Below are positions 29,428 to 39,063 of a DNA stretch of 64,000 nucleotides, in pieces (the stretch's first letter is position 1; every line of letters begins with the position of its first letter). Under the pieces are notes generated by a model that saw nothing but the letters and a program-made list of their open reading frames with translations, was not told the DNA's origin and did not search any database. The DNA comes from Candidatus Margulisiibacteriota bacterium. GTDB lineage: Bacteria > Margulisbacteria > Marinamargulisbacteria > JBFWNS01. Location of the stretch: positions 130,102 to 194,101 of the forward strand of contig JBFWNS010000001.1 of the NCBI GenBank assembly GCA_050250935.1. The letters run 5' to 3'. A program made the position numbers and the translations under genes.

Positions 29428-31299
29428 ATGCGCGTAGACGTTGTGTTTAAGCAAGTCTTGCTTGCTGTTGTGTGTATGTGTTGGTCGGGGCTAGTGATGG
29501 CCCAAACCGAGCCCAGTATAGCGCTTCCCGAAACTGTGGTCAGTGCAACCAAGTTTCCAAGACTCAGTTCGCAAGTCGCCGAAGATGTGTTTGTGATCAC
29601 CTCGAAAAATATGGAAGCAGCCGGGGTTAAAAACATCAAACAAGCCTTGATGTTGGTTCCTGGCTTAACCGTTTCGGATACGGGCGGGGCAACGCCAACA
29701 ACCCTTTTCTTACATGGGTTTCAATCTTACCAAATTTTGGTCCTCAAAGACGGCATGCCCATCAACGACACCATTTCTCCGCAGCCCATTGCCTATTTGG
29801 ATTCGCTTTCCATCGATGATATTGATCGGGTCGAGGTGATGTTCAATTCCAAAAGTGTGCTCTATGGTAGCCAAGCCATGGCTGGCGTTATTCAAATTTT
29901 TTCGAATACCGACGCCAATCAGGTTCATTATGTTCAGGGCTGGGACCACGGCAAAACCTCGGCTCAACTTAGCCGGCAATTTGGCAGTGCCAAAGTCTCG
30001 TTTTCGGGCAGTTACGAAAACGATTGGCGGCAGTCTTCTTACATCAATACCAGCGAACGCGATCGCAAAGAGAGGTCTACTTTTTCGGCTTATGTTGAAA
30101 ATGACTTTGGCTTTTTTAAGGGGGCTTTCCGCTACAACAAGAACAAAGCTACTCTGGGCTTAGATCGTGCCGACTATGTCTATGTTGGCCCTGGCTATGC
30201 CGAGGTTCGCATCGACGATACCAACGACAACCTACAAACCGAACAAAATTTAACCTCCTTAAGCTTGGAAACCTCGGTTATCCCCCTCACCACCACGGTG
30301 TTACAAGGGAGCATTTCCAACATCACCCGCTTGGAACTGAACCAAGCCGATGAGGCATTGAACAGTAACGTGGTGTCTCAATTTTGGGGAGTGACCCGGC
30401 GCTTGGAACTGCGTAACGAAACCCTACTGTCTTCGGAATGGGCAGCCACCTATGGGTTTGACCTTCAAATCGAGGAAGGATCTTCGGATTATTGGCATCC
30501 GCTGTATCCCAGCTCTTTTCCAGCCCAATCGCAGGAAAGCCAAGGCTATTTTGGGCAACTGCAATACACCACGCCAGGCTTTGGGGTTTCGGCCGGGCAT
30601 CGGGTTCATATGGATCACACCCAGCACATTTTAAAAGCCTATTCTTTGGGCAGTTACTACCGGGTTGAAGCCTTGGATCTGTTGGTCAAACCCAGCATTG
30701 GCACCAGTTTCCGAGAAGCCGGCTTATTTGAGCGCTTTGATAGCTATACCGGAAACCCCGATTTTCAACCCGAAACCACCCTCTCCAAGGACCTGCTGTT
30801 GGAAAAACCCCTGGGACCCGTTGTCTTAAGCTGGCGTTGGTTTGAAAACCAGACCTCCAACCTGATTACCTATGATGATTTGAATACCTTCAAATACATC
30901 CAAAACACCGGTACCGCTATAGCAACCGGTCAAGACTATGCCCTATCCATTCGAAATCTCGGCCCGCTTCAGTTTTTAAAAGCGTCTTACACCCGTCTTT
31001 CTGCCAAAGACAAAACCATTTTGAAAACCCCAGACTGGCAGGCCAACTTAAATGGGGGATTCGTTTTCGATGCCTGGCGTTACGGTTTCGACGCTGCTTG
31101 GGTAGGCTCGCGCTTGGATTCGGCCAGCAAACCGTTGGACGCCTATTTTCAGCTTAATTTGCGCGGGGCTTATCAATGGGGCCCTCAAACGCAATTGGAA
31201 GTCATTTTGTTTAATGCCTTGAATTCCCATCACCAAGAGGTGTACGGATTTAACTCCCACGAACGCAATGTCTACTTTGGCATCAAGCAACAGTTTTAA
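29428..31299 (+). CDS. btuB: TonB-dependent outer-membrane receptor, BtuB-like (putative cobalamin transporter)
   Basis: Signal peptide, TonB-box-like ETVVSAT, plug-domain motifs, C-terminal ...GIKQQF; size (623 aa) and upstream B12 riboswitch support a BtuB-type role. Confidence 0.8.
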   Translation: MRVDVVFKQVLLAVVCMCWSGLVMAQTEPSIALPETVVSATKFPRLSSQVAEDVFVITSKNMEAAGVKNIKQALMLVPGLTVSDTGGATPTTLFLHGFQSYQILVLKDGMPINDTISPQPIAYLDSLSIDDIDRVEVMFNSKSVLYGSQAMAGVIQIFSNTDANQVHYVQGWDHGKTSAQLSRQFGSAKVSFSGSYENDWRQSSYINTSERDRKERSTFSAYVENDFGFFKGAFRYNKNKATLGLDRADYVYVGPGYAEVRIDDTNDNLQTEQNLTSLSLETSVIPLTTTVLQGSISNITRLELNQADEALNSNVVSQFWGVTRRLELRNETLLSSEWAATYGFDLQIEEGSSDYWHPLYPSSFPAQSQESQGYFGQLQYTTPGFGVSAGHRVHMDHTQHILKAYSLGSYYRVEALDLLVKPSIGTSFREAGLFERFDSYTGNPDFQPETTLSKDLLLEKPLGPVVLSWRWFENQTSNLITYDDLNTFKYIQNTGTAIATGQDYALSIRNLGPLQFLKASYTRLSAKDKTILKTPDWQANLNGGFVFDAWRYGFDAAWVGSRLDSASKPLDAYFQLNLRGAYQWGPQTQLEVILFNALNSHHQEVYGFNSHERNVYFGIKQQF

Positions 31300-32587
31300 C
31301 ACAACGCTTGCTGAAGCGCTGAACAAAAAAATTGGCCTCTACGAACTGTTTCAAATCGTCGAGGCCCTACCCGCCTTACCGGCCAGATCCGAACACATCC
31401 TCTTGGCCACCTTGCCTGGGGATGTGCACCGGCTGGGCACCCGCATTACCCAAGCTTTGCTTGAAAAGGCAGGGTGTCGGGTAGACGTGCACTGGGAAAT
31501 GACGCCCCAGGCCTTGACCCTCTATTTGGCAAACAACAACCCCACCCATATTGTGATGACCTGTTTTTTAACCGCCCAACTGGATTTTTTCGGGGCCTTG
31601 GTCCCCCAGTTGGTCCAAACACAGACTTGTTTGGTTTTGGGTGGATTTGCGTTTTCTCCCCGGACCTTGTCGACGCGATTTAGCACCTTGGCCCCTAAAA
31701 CCGTGCATCCCAAAAACGGCGTCGAAGCTGCGGGGTTTATTTTACAAGCCTGGCCCTTGCCTTGGGTTTCCAGCCTGACGTTTTCGCCAGATCTCGACAC
31801 TGATCGAAGCAAAAAATGCGCCCCGGTCGCGGTTCAAACCCCTTGCCTGCCCCATTCTTTTTCGCCCATCACCCAAACCGATTTTAACCTGGAAACCCTG
31901 TGGGATGCCATTAATCCACGAACCCTCTACAATTTGCATTTGGGCTTCAAGGGCAACCCGCATCAAGCCCAGGGGAATCCCCTGTTTACCGCAATAACAG
32001 AGCGGTTTAATCGCCTAAAACCCCTGGCACATCGGCTCTTTGAACCCCAGGCATTGTGGCAACATTTTAAAGCCAAAAGCAACCACGATCAGATTTGGGT
32101 GTATCCCGAAGCTTCGGCCCCAGTAAGCTGGGATTTCCCCCGAAAAAATGGGATTTGCCTTGCCGATTATCTGCGTCACGACACCGACGATTTTATCACC
32201 CTCATGGCTGTGACCATTGGAAAAGTCGCGGGAGACCACACCGAAACCCTGTTTCAGCAAGGCCGCTTTACCGACATGCTGTGCTGGCATGCCCTGACCG
32301 TTCAAAGTGCCGAAGCTTTGGCCGAAACCGTTCATGCCCAGTTGCGGCGTATGCACGGTGACGAAGACAGCCCCCCCGATGCCCAATCCCTGTGGGATGC
32401 CCGCTACACCGGCAAACGCTACAGCTTTGGCTACGCGGCTTGCCCCGATTTACGAGGACAGGCCCTATTTTTTAAGTTGCTAAAACCCGAAACCATCGGG
32501 ATTCATCTTTCCGAATCGATGATGATGAACCCCGAAGCTTCGGTGAATGCTCTGGTGTTTTACCACCCCGCTGCTGCCTATTTTTGA
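31268..32587 (+). CDS. Stand-alone cobalamin-binding protein resembling the B12-binding and AdoMet reactivation domains of methionine synthase (no catalytic barrels)
   Basis: N-terminal half has the B12-binding DxHxxG motif (LPGDVHRLG); C-terminal half ends ...RYSFGYAACPDL...IGIHLSESMMMNPEASVNALVFYHPAAAYF, the hallmark of the MetH activation domain. Start overlaps the receptor gene by 32 nt; no signal peptide. Confidence 0.7.
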   Translation: MSTLASSNSFNTTLAEALNKKIGLYELFQIVEALPALPARSEHILLATLPGDVHRLGTRITQALLEKAGCRVDVHWEMTPQALTLYLANNNPTHIVMTCFLTAQLDFFGALVPQLVQTQTCLVLGGFAFSPRTLSTRFSTLAPKTVHPKNGVEAAGFILQAWPLPWVSSLTFSPDLDTDRSKKCAPVAVQTPCLPHSFSPITQTDFNLETLWDAINPRTLYNLHLGFKGNPHQAQGNPLFTAITERFNRLKPLAHRLFEPQALWQHFKAKSNHDQIWVYPEASAPVSWDFPRKNGICLADYLRHDTDDFITLMAVTIGKVAGDHTETLFQQGRFTDMLCWHALTVQSAEALAETVHAQLRRMHGDEDSPPDAQSLWDARYTGKRYSFGYAACPDLRGQALFFKLLKPETIGIHLSESMMMNPEASVNALVFYHPAAAYF

Positions 32588-32852
32588 ATGGGGCTTGCGT
32601 CGCCCCCTCAACCGAAGCAAGTTCGGTTGAGCCTCCCCCTCACGCTGGCGCTGGGCCTTCGGCCATGGTCTGTTTTTTTGTACAGAGTCCTTTAGGCCCC
32701 TGCGGGGAGGGAAGACAAACTTGCTTTGGCTTCCCGATTCAAAAACGCTTGCCGTTTTTGTTTATAATTATACTGCCCCTGCGGGGAGGAAAGACAAACT
32801 TGCTTTGGCTTCCCGATTCAAAAACGCTTGCCGTTTTTGTTTATAATTTAAA
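32588..32852. repeat. Mosaic intergenic repeat cluster: ~135-bp element shared with 57019-57154 plus a ~79-bp near-perfect tandem duplication
   Basis: 32591-32725 is near-identical to 57019-57154, including GC hairpins and a hairpin+T-run; 32696-32769 and 32775-32848 are tandem copies differing at about one position. Confidence 0.8.
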
Positions 32853-32854
32853 CC

Positions 32855-35716
32855 CTACCGCCAATAGCGCCCTACGGTGATGTTGATTGTCTGATGGTCG
32901 GTGTCGTCGTTGAGCATGTACGAGGCGTTGCTGCCAAAGCTGAAGAGGCGGACGCCCATCATGTCGGCCCAAATATCCCCATCCATGACTTCAAAAAACT
33001 CACCTGTGCCATCGAAGGCCACATCGATTTTGTCCGTTTGACCCGAGCTGACCAAATCGTACCAAACCACCAATCGATAGCTGGAATTCCGGGACAAAAT
33101 GCTGTCGGTTTTGGTAAACGTGGGTAAGGTATAGCTGGATTGACGATTGCCGGCCAATACCGACTCCATAGATCCAAGACTGTACACCATCGACTGACTG
33201 GATGGTCCCGTCACGGGGGTTTTGGCACCGGCAGAGAAGAAATAGTCCGACCAAACACCGGCATCGGATCCACCCATTTTAAACAAGCCCACTTTCCATG
33301 TACCGGTTTGACCTACGCCAACCCGAGAACTTAGCGTCGATGGGAAGGTTACAGTCCCGTTCAACCCAATGCTCCACGGTGTGGCAGCCCCAACTTTAAA
33401 GCTGGTTCGGCTTTCAGCGCCTTGCCAAACCACACGTCCAGACGATTGCTCCACCAAGACGGGCATGATGTTGAGTTCGTAGGTGGTTTCGTAGTTGTTC
33501 CCGATATCGCGAACCGTACGGGCCAACTGCTGTTTCAACTGGAAGGAATTCCCTTGGATAAAGCGATTGTCTTGCCAAGAGCTCCAAATAAATTTCCATT
33601 TGTAGTTATCACCACTGGAATCCCAGCTTCCGGAGGGATTAAAGGTATTGTTGTTCCAATCCACTTTAATGGCCGAGAGCCCCAGGTTGATGGCATAGGC
33701 CAAGAAATAGCCATCGGGTACCGTACCAGTCGGTGTATCCCATTGCAGGTTGGGTTGGGCTTTATCCGTATCAACATCCACATCCATGGTTTGCATTTCA
33801 AACGTGTCGTCCCAGCCTGTGGCTTGTACTCTGGCCATGTCCATGCCCCGTGGGTTCCGCCAATTAATCAGGCCAATGCTGGGTTTCAAAATTCTGACCG
33901 TTGTTGATGTCAACACATTGTTGTCGGCATCCAGCACCTTAATCGTGGCCGTTCCCGAAATGTAATCCGTCACAAAGGTGGGGGTAAAGTCTCCAGAAAA
34001 ACCTGTATTTTGATAAGGCGAGATGATCCAGGTGACATCGAAAGGATTATCCAAGGCCTTTTTGGATTGAGCAGCATTAAATGCCGAAATGGCAACCAGG
34101 GATTGAGACGATCTTAACGCTTGGGGATTCCCAATCGATTGGGGGTTATTGCCAGCAGAAACGCGTTGGTATTCCACCGTTTGCGTTCCGGTCGAGGTGG
34201 GGTATTCCAAAACCACACGGGCAGCCGCTGCAGAAGCGTTTTCTGCATAAAGAACCACGCGAGAATCCAAGGCATCGGTGGGTTGCCAGTTGTTGTCCGA
34301 TACTTGTCTATAGGCCCGAACAGGAACCAAAGAGGTTTCAACAATGTAATAGCGCCCGGTTTGAATGCTTACAAAATTAATGGCCTTAAGCAATACAAAC
34401 GGATCAAAAACGGGGCCATCGTGGGTAAAAAACTCATTTCGAACCATCAGCGGCAAAGAACTTCCATCCAATAATCCTGCTTGAATCATGACGGCAATGG
34501 CCTGAGGAACCGTCATGGTTTGGCTTTCGGTAATGGGCAATGTCCACCGGTTGTTTTTGGGGAAAATAACCCGCATGGCCGGCATCGTCGTGGTATCGGA
34601 CGTCGCGGTGGCATCGTAAAAGGCGTATAACTTTCTAAGTTGTGAATTATCTTGATTCATAACCCCCAACATTTCTGCCTTAACATTAGCAACCGACCAA
34701 TAGTCCGACTTTAACTCCCCTTCTGGCAAACTCTCGTTAAACGCCTGGGCAAACTCGGCAATGGTTACCGTTACACCATTCAAATAGCCCGTTGCAAATT
34801 GCTCAATAAAAAATTCTGGTGGCACGCCAACCGAAGATCCGTCTTTGGATCCGCCACCACTTTTACCCCCAAAAATGGACCGAATAATTTGTTTGGCACG
34901 ATCTAGGGTTAAGGTCGCATTAACCTGAGAATCCAAAGCGGCTTGTTGGGCCAATTTTCGTAAATCATCGTCGTTTTGCAACTGCTCGACGATTAGTTTT
35001 TGGGTATCGTCGGGCGCAGGAAACACGTCTTTATTCACCGTAGCATCGGTGGTTGGCTTGACCGGAGACACCCGCTGAATTTCCCCAGAGCTGAGTTTTG
35101 AATTGATGGTATCGGTGATTTTTTGTGTCAATTCGTCGGACAAATCCCCGCTGAATTTATTCCCGTTTCCTTTGGCTACTTTTTCGACCACATAATCCAC
35201 AATAGCCCGGGTCTTTTCAGAGACGTTGGCCGACACGGCCGTTTCTCCGCTTTTAACGTTCACATAGGTGTCCATGCGCAACACGTTTTGGGCTCCGGAA
35301 GAATCTGTCCCTGTTTTGACAATCCCGACCACATATTTTTTACCGTCTGCTATATTTTTGAATTCGTAAGCGCCATCCACCACATTGGCTGTAATGCCCG
35401 TGGGAATAACAGTGCCATCAGATCCAATTTCATATAAAATGGCTGTCCCATCCGACAAAGTCGAAATGTCCGACAAATGTTTTGTGAAGGCTTGAGACAA
35501 CCTTTTGGACGACGACAAACTGCTAATCGAAGACACCGGATTGGTAATCCCCACCTGGCTTTGATCTTGAGCCGATGCAATGACATAGCCACTTAAGGTG
35601 GTGGCCCCCGCATAACTGGTGGTCGAGGTTGTCGACGTGGTGGATTCCGATGCTTTTCCACAGCCCCCCAAAGCCAAAATGAATATCAGCGGAACCGCTG
35701 CAAACCACGTTTTCAT
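32855..35716 (-). CDS. Large predicted lipoprotein of unknown function
   Basis: Start set at MKTWF (ATG 35716, GGAGGG RBS 7 nt upstream); lipobox LALGGC followed by Ser/Thr-rich linker; ~950 aa with no recognised catalytic motif. Confidence 0.6.
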   Translation of the reverse strand: MKTWFAAVPLIFILALGGCGKASESTTSTTSTTSYAGATTLSGYVIASAQDQSQVGITNPVSSISSLSSSKRLSQAFTKHLSDISTLSDGTAILYEIGSDGTVIPTGITANVVDGAYEFKNIADGKKYVVGIVKTGTDSSGAQNVLRMDTYVNVKSGETAVSANVSEKTRAIVDYVVEKVAKGNGNKFSGDLSDELTQKITDTINSKLSSGEIQRVSPVKPTTDATVNKDVFPAPDDTQKLIVEQLQNDDDLRKLAQQAALDSQVNATLTLDRAKQIIRSIFGGKSGGGSKDGSSVGVPPEFFIEQFATGYLNGVTVTIAEFAQAFNESLPEGELKSDYWSVANVKAEMLGVMNQDNSQLRKLYAFYDATATSDTTTMPAMRVIFPKNNRWTLPITESQTMTVPQAIAVMIQAGLLDGSSLPLMVRNEFFTHDGPVFDPFVLLKAINFVSIQTGRYYIVETSLVPVRAYRQVSDNNWQPTDALDSRVVLYAENASAAAARVVLEYPTSTGTQTVEYQRVSAGNNPQSIGNPQALRSSQSLVAISAFNAAQSKKALDNPFDVTWIISPYQNTGFSGDFTPTFVTDYISGTATIKVLDADNNVLTSTTVRILKPSIGLINWRNPRGMDMARVQATGWDDTFEMQTMDVDVDTDKAQPNLQWDTPTGTVPDGYFLAYAINLGLSAIKVDWNNNTFNPSGSWDSSGDNYKWKFIWSSWQDNRFIQGNSFQLKQQLARTVRDIGNNYETTYELNIMPVLVEQSSGRVVWQGAESRTSFKVGAATPWSIGLNGTVTFPSTLSSRVGVGQTGTWKVGLFKMGGSDAGVWSDYFFSAGAKTPVTGPSSQSMVYSLGSMESVLAGNRQSSYTLPTFTKTDSILSRNSSYRLVVWYDLVSSGQTDKIDVAFDGTGEFFEVMDGDIWADMMGVRLFSFGSNASYMLNDDTDHQTINITVGRYWR

Positions 35717-35876
35717 CTCTGTCCCTCCATTTTTGAAACTGTTTCGTTCATTATACATACTTCTTGCCCCTTTCCCAAAATTTTGAGGTTTTAAACCTGT
35801 TTTTTTAATCGAAAATTAGTTTTCTATTTGTGAAGGGGGATTCAAAAATGGTATTCTGATCCTCACTTTTACCCCT

Positions 35877-37142
35877 ATGAACAAACGGTTTTTAGTGCTT
35901 TTAGAACAAGAAATTTCCCTTTGGGTTAACCGTGGCTTTATTCAAGCTGACCAAGGCGAAACCCTTCGTCAGCACTATGCCACCCAAAGCACACCCAAAC
36001 GGGTTTGGGCCCATCCTGGCACCAGCTTGTGGCTTGCCATTGGTGGCTGTTTGGTGGGATTTGGCCTGTTGCTGCTCTTAACTTACCAATGGTCTTTGTA
36101 TCCCATTTGGGTTAAGACCCTTTTCGCCGCCCTGCTTTTGGTGGCTTCTCAAGGTTGCTTTTGGTGGACGCCAAAACCCGCTTCTTCACCGATTTTAAAA
36201 GACCTTTTTTTACTGATGTTTGGACTGGGAACCGGCCTTTCGTTTTTTCTGCTGAATGCAACCTGGCAGTTTTGGTCATACCATGGTTGGCTGGGTCTTT
36301 GGGTGGGCTTTTTGGCCTTGGGGGCTTGGGTTTCGGGCCGAAATAGCCTGACCTATTTCATGATGATTTTGTGCCAACTCTGGTTTGTTCAACATTTTTC
36401 TTGGGTTGAAGGCGGGTTGTTGTTGGCTCTGGTAGGCTGGCAACTTGTCTCGAACAACTGGTTGTCTGCAACGCCCAAAACAGGTCTTTTGCCCGCCGCT
36501 TGGCTGCTTTTTACGGCGATGGGATTGATGCAGGTCTTTAACGGCGGCCCTTTTTCGCTCTATTTTTTGGGATTGGGGCTGTTTTTTTCCCTATTGATTG
36601 TCCGCCACACCCCCAAACTCCACTGGCCCCCAGATTCGGCCATTGGGGTGAGCTTTTTGGGGTTGATGGCTCTCTGTCTTTTTGGCACTTTTAAACTGCA
36701 GTGGCCCTCTTTAATTCAATCGGTTTTGCCAACAACCGTATACTTAGGTTGGGCCAGCACCGTTTTATTAATGGGGCTTGTGGGCCTCTGGGGACTGGCC
36801 TTGTGGCAAAATAAGGCGCGACGTTCGGCTGGGCTGGGGTTTGGGGCAGGGGTTCCAGGTCTGGTTCTGCTGGCTGGGCTCTGGCGTTTGGCCCCCACCC
36901 CCGTTTGGCCCATTCAAACTGCTTTTTTGGTATTGGGTTTATTTTGGTCTGTGTGGCTGGTTCGGGAAGGCCTTTCCAGGAATCAGCTGGCGTGGATCAA
37001 TGTCGGGGGCATCTATGGGACCTTGTTGGTGGCCACCTTCTTTTTCCACCAAGCCTTCGGGGCTGGCCTCCAAGGCTTAGCGTTGCTGATTTTGGGCTCG
37101 GCTATTATCGGTCTTAATTTATATGCAAGGCGAAAATCGTGA
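35877..37142 (+). CDS. Polytopic membrane protein, DUF2157-like N-terminus fused to a multi-TM body
   Basis: 421 aa; soluble N-terminal ~45 aa then at least 10 hydrophobic helices rich in Trp/Gly/Leu; family assignment tentative. Confidence 0.5.
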   Translation: MNKRFLVLLEQEISLWVNRGFIQADQGETLRQHYATQSTPKRVWAHPGTSLWLAIGGCLVGFGLLLLLTYQWSLYPIWVKTLFAALLLVASQGCFWWTPKPASSPILKDLFLLMFGLGTGLSFFLLNATWQFWSYHGWLGLWVGFLALGAWVSGRNSLTYFMMILCQLWFVQHFSWVEGGLLLALVGWQLVSNNWLSATPKTGLLPAAWLLFTAMGLMQVFNGGPFSLYFLGLGLFFSLLIVRHTPKLHWPPDSAIGVSFLGLMALCLFGTFKLQWPSLIQSVLPTTVYLGWASTVLLMGLVGLWGLALWQNKARRSAGLGFGAGVPGLVLLAGLWRLAPTPVWPIQTAFLVLGLFWSVWLVREGLSRNQLAWINVGGIYGTLLVATFFFHQAFGAGLQGLALLILGSAIIGLNLYARRKS

Positions 37143-37723
37143 AAAAACCCAGCTTTTCAACACCCTTGATCGCCCTTGTTCTGACGCAATGGCTTGTATT
37201 CGGTGGTTTTCTGGCCAACGAAGCTTTGATTCGAGCCTTTGGCACCCATCACCTGTTTCGTTTAGAAGAAAACCCGGTTTCTTTGTATTTGCAACAAACC
37301 CGTGTTCCCCTTCCGTTTAAAGACACCACCATCACCCTCAATGCTGCCCCGTTTAAATTGGGCGATCAGGGCTATGTGTTGCTGACGAAAGACAGCTATG
37401 GCTGCGAGGTTCCCTATAGTTTTAGGCCTTCAAAACCCAAGCAAGGTTTTTGTATTCAAGGCACCATTATCGGGTTAACCCCAACGTCCATTACGGTTCG
37501 CTTGGATTTGCCCTCGTTTTTACCCGAAACCCTTCGTGCCCCTCGAACCTCTTTTTCGTCTGCATCAGCCTGGCAAAAAGAGCCCGGACTGGTTACGGTG
37601 CAAATTTGGGGGTCTCAAAGCCGGATTCGCACCCTGTTCATCCGTCGAATGCCGCTTGAAATCTTTCTTAAAACCCCGGCACCTACCCCACAATTTCAGT
37701 TTTTAAAGGAGAAAAAGTCATGA
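37139..37723 (+). CDS. Hypothetical membrane-anchored protein (possibly GDYXXLXY-like)
   Basis: 194 aa; N-terminal TM helix; GDQGYVLL motif loosely resembling GDYxxLxY; start overlaps upstream gene by 4 nt. Confidence 0.4.
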   Translation: MKKPSFSTPLIALVLTQWLVFGGFLANEALIRAFGTHHLFRLEENPVSLYLQQTRVPLPFKDTTITLNAAPFKLGDQGYVLLTKDSYGCEVPYSFRPSKPKQGFCIQGTIIGLTPTSITVRLDLPSFLPETLRAPRTSFSSASAWQKEPGLVTVQIWGSQSRIRTLFIRRMPLEIFLKTPAPTPQFQFLKEKKS

Positions 37724-39063
37724 GCACACCCACCAACAAATTCTTTGTTTTGGATACCAACGTTTTAATCCACAACCCAGCGGCCTTGTACTCGTTTAGC
37801 GAACACACGGTTGTCTTGCCCATCACGGTGATTGAAGAACTCGACAAATTCAAAACCGCTTCCGATAAAAAAGGCATGCATGCCCGGCAAGTCATGCGCG
37901 AAATTGATGGCCTGGTTCGCAAAGGGGCTTTAAAAGAAGGGGCAAAAATCAAAACGGGTGGGAAATTACGCATTGCCCTATGTCCCGAAAAAAGTGTCCT
38001 TAGTTCTTTGGATCTGTCGGTGAATGACAATAAAATTTTAAACTGTGCCCTCTCGTTTTTGGCCCCAGGCAACACTGTTTTTTTTATCTCCAAAGATTTG
38101 AATTCCAGAATCAAGGCCGAGGCACTGGGCATTGTGGCCATGGACTACGAAAAAGAAAAAGTAGAATACACCTCGTTGTACCAGGGTTGGCGCGAGATAG
38201 CTCTGCCACAGGCCAGCATTGATGCGCTGTATAAAGACCATAAACTAGAGGTTAGCAAAACCAACTATTTGGACAACGAGTATTTTTGCATTAAATCTTT
38301 GGAAAACCCCAATACCTCCTGTCTGGCCAAATTTGATGCCCCTCACAATCAACTGGTGCCCATTCGGTCCCATTTCGAAGCCATGGGCGTTAAACCCGCC
38401 AACCTCGAACAACAATTTGCCTTCGATTTATTGCTCAACGACGCGGTGGTCTTGGTCAGTTTGGTGGGACAAGCAGGCACAGGGAAAACCCTGATTGCCC
38501 TGGCCTGCGGCCTTCAACAGGTGCTGGGCAAATCCCCCAAATACGAAAAATTACTGGTGGCCAGACCCATTATGCCCATGGGCAAAGACATTGGCTATTT
38601 ACCTGGTACCAAAGACCAAAAGCTTAATTATTGGATGCAGCCTATTTTCGACAACCTGAATTTTATTATGCACAAAGACGAAACCCCAGAAGACGAACAG
38701 CCCCGTTATAAAAAGGCCGAAAAGTTCGACAAAATCGACTACCTTCTGGAATCTCAGTTGCTTGAAATCGAAGCCCTCACCTATATTCGGGGTCGCAGTA
38801 TTCCCAACCAATTTATCATTATTGATGAGGCCCAAAATCTGACCCCTCACGAAATCAAAACCATCATTTCCCGAGCCGGCAAAGGCACCAAAATTGTCCT
38901 GACTGGCGATGCCGAACAAATCGACAACCCCTATTTGGATGCCAATTCCAACGGACTCAGCTACACCGCCGAACACCTCAAAGGCCAACACATTACCGGC
39001 CACATGTTTTTGTCCAAAAGCGAGCGCTCGCCTTTGGCAACCTTGGCGGCAGAGATGTTATAG
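37720..39063 (+). CDS. PhoH2-type protein (N-terminal PIN domain fused to PhoH-like ATPase)
   Basis: PIN start FVLDTNVLIH; Walker A GQAGTGKT; Walker B FIIIDEAQN; typical PhoH2/YlaK architecture. Confidence 0.8.
   Translation: MSTPTNKFFVLDTNVLIHNPAALYSFSEHTVVLPITVIEELDKFKTASDKKGMHARQVMREIDGLVRKGALKEGAKIKTGGKLRIALCPEKSVLSSLDLSVNDNKILNCALSFLAPGNTVFFISKDLNSRIKAEALGIVAMDYEKEKVEYTSLYQGWREIALPQASIDALYKDHKLEVSKTNYLDNEYFCIKSLENPNTSCLAKFDAPHNQLVPIRSHFEAMGVKPANLEQQFAFDLLLNDAVVLVSLVGQAGTGKTLIALACGLQQVLGKSPKYEKLLVARPIMPMGKDIGYLPGTKDQKLNYWMQPIFDNLNFIMHKDETPEDEQPRYKKAEKFDKIDYLLESQLLEIEALTYIRGRSIPNQFIIIDEAQNLTPHEIKTIISRAGKGTKIVLTGDAEQIDNPYLDANSNGLSYTAEHLKGQHITGHMFLSKSERSPLATLAAEML

Noticed and set aside
32584-32880. 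98-aa ORF
   Set aside because: Reads through the repeat cluster, including the tandem duplication; Pro/Gly-rich artefact.
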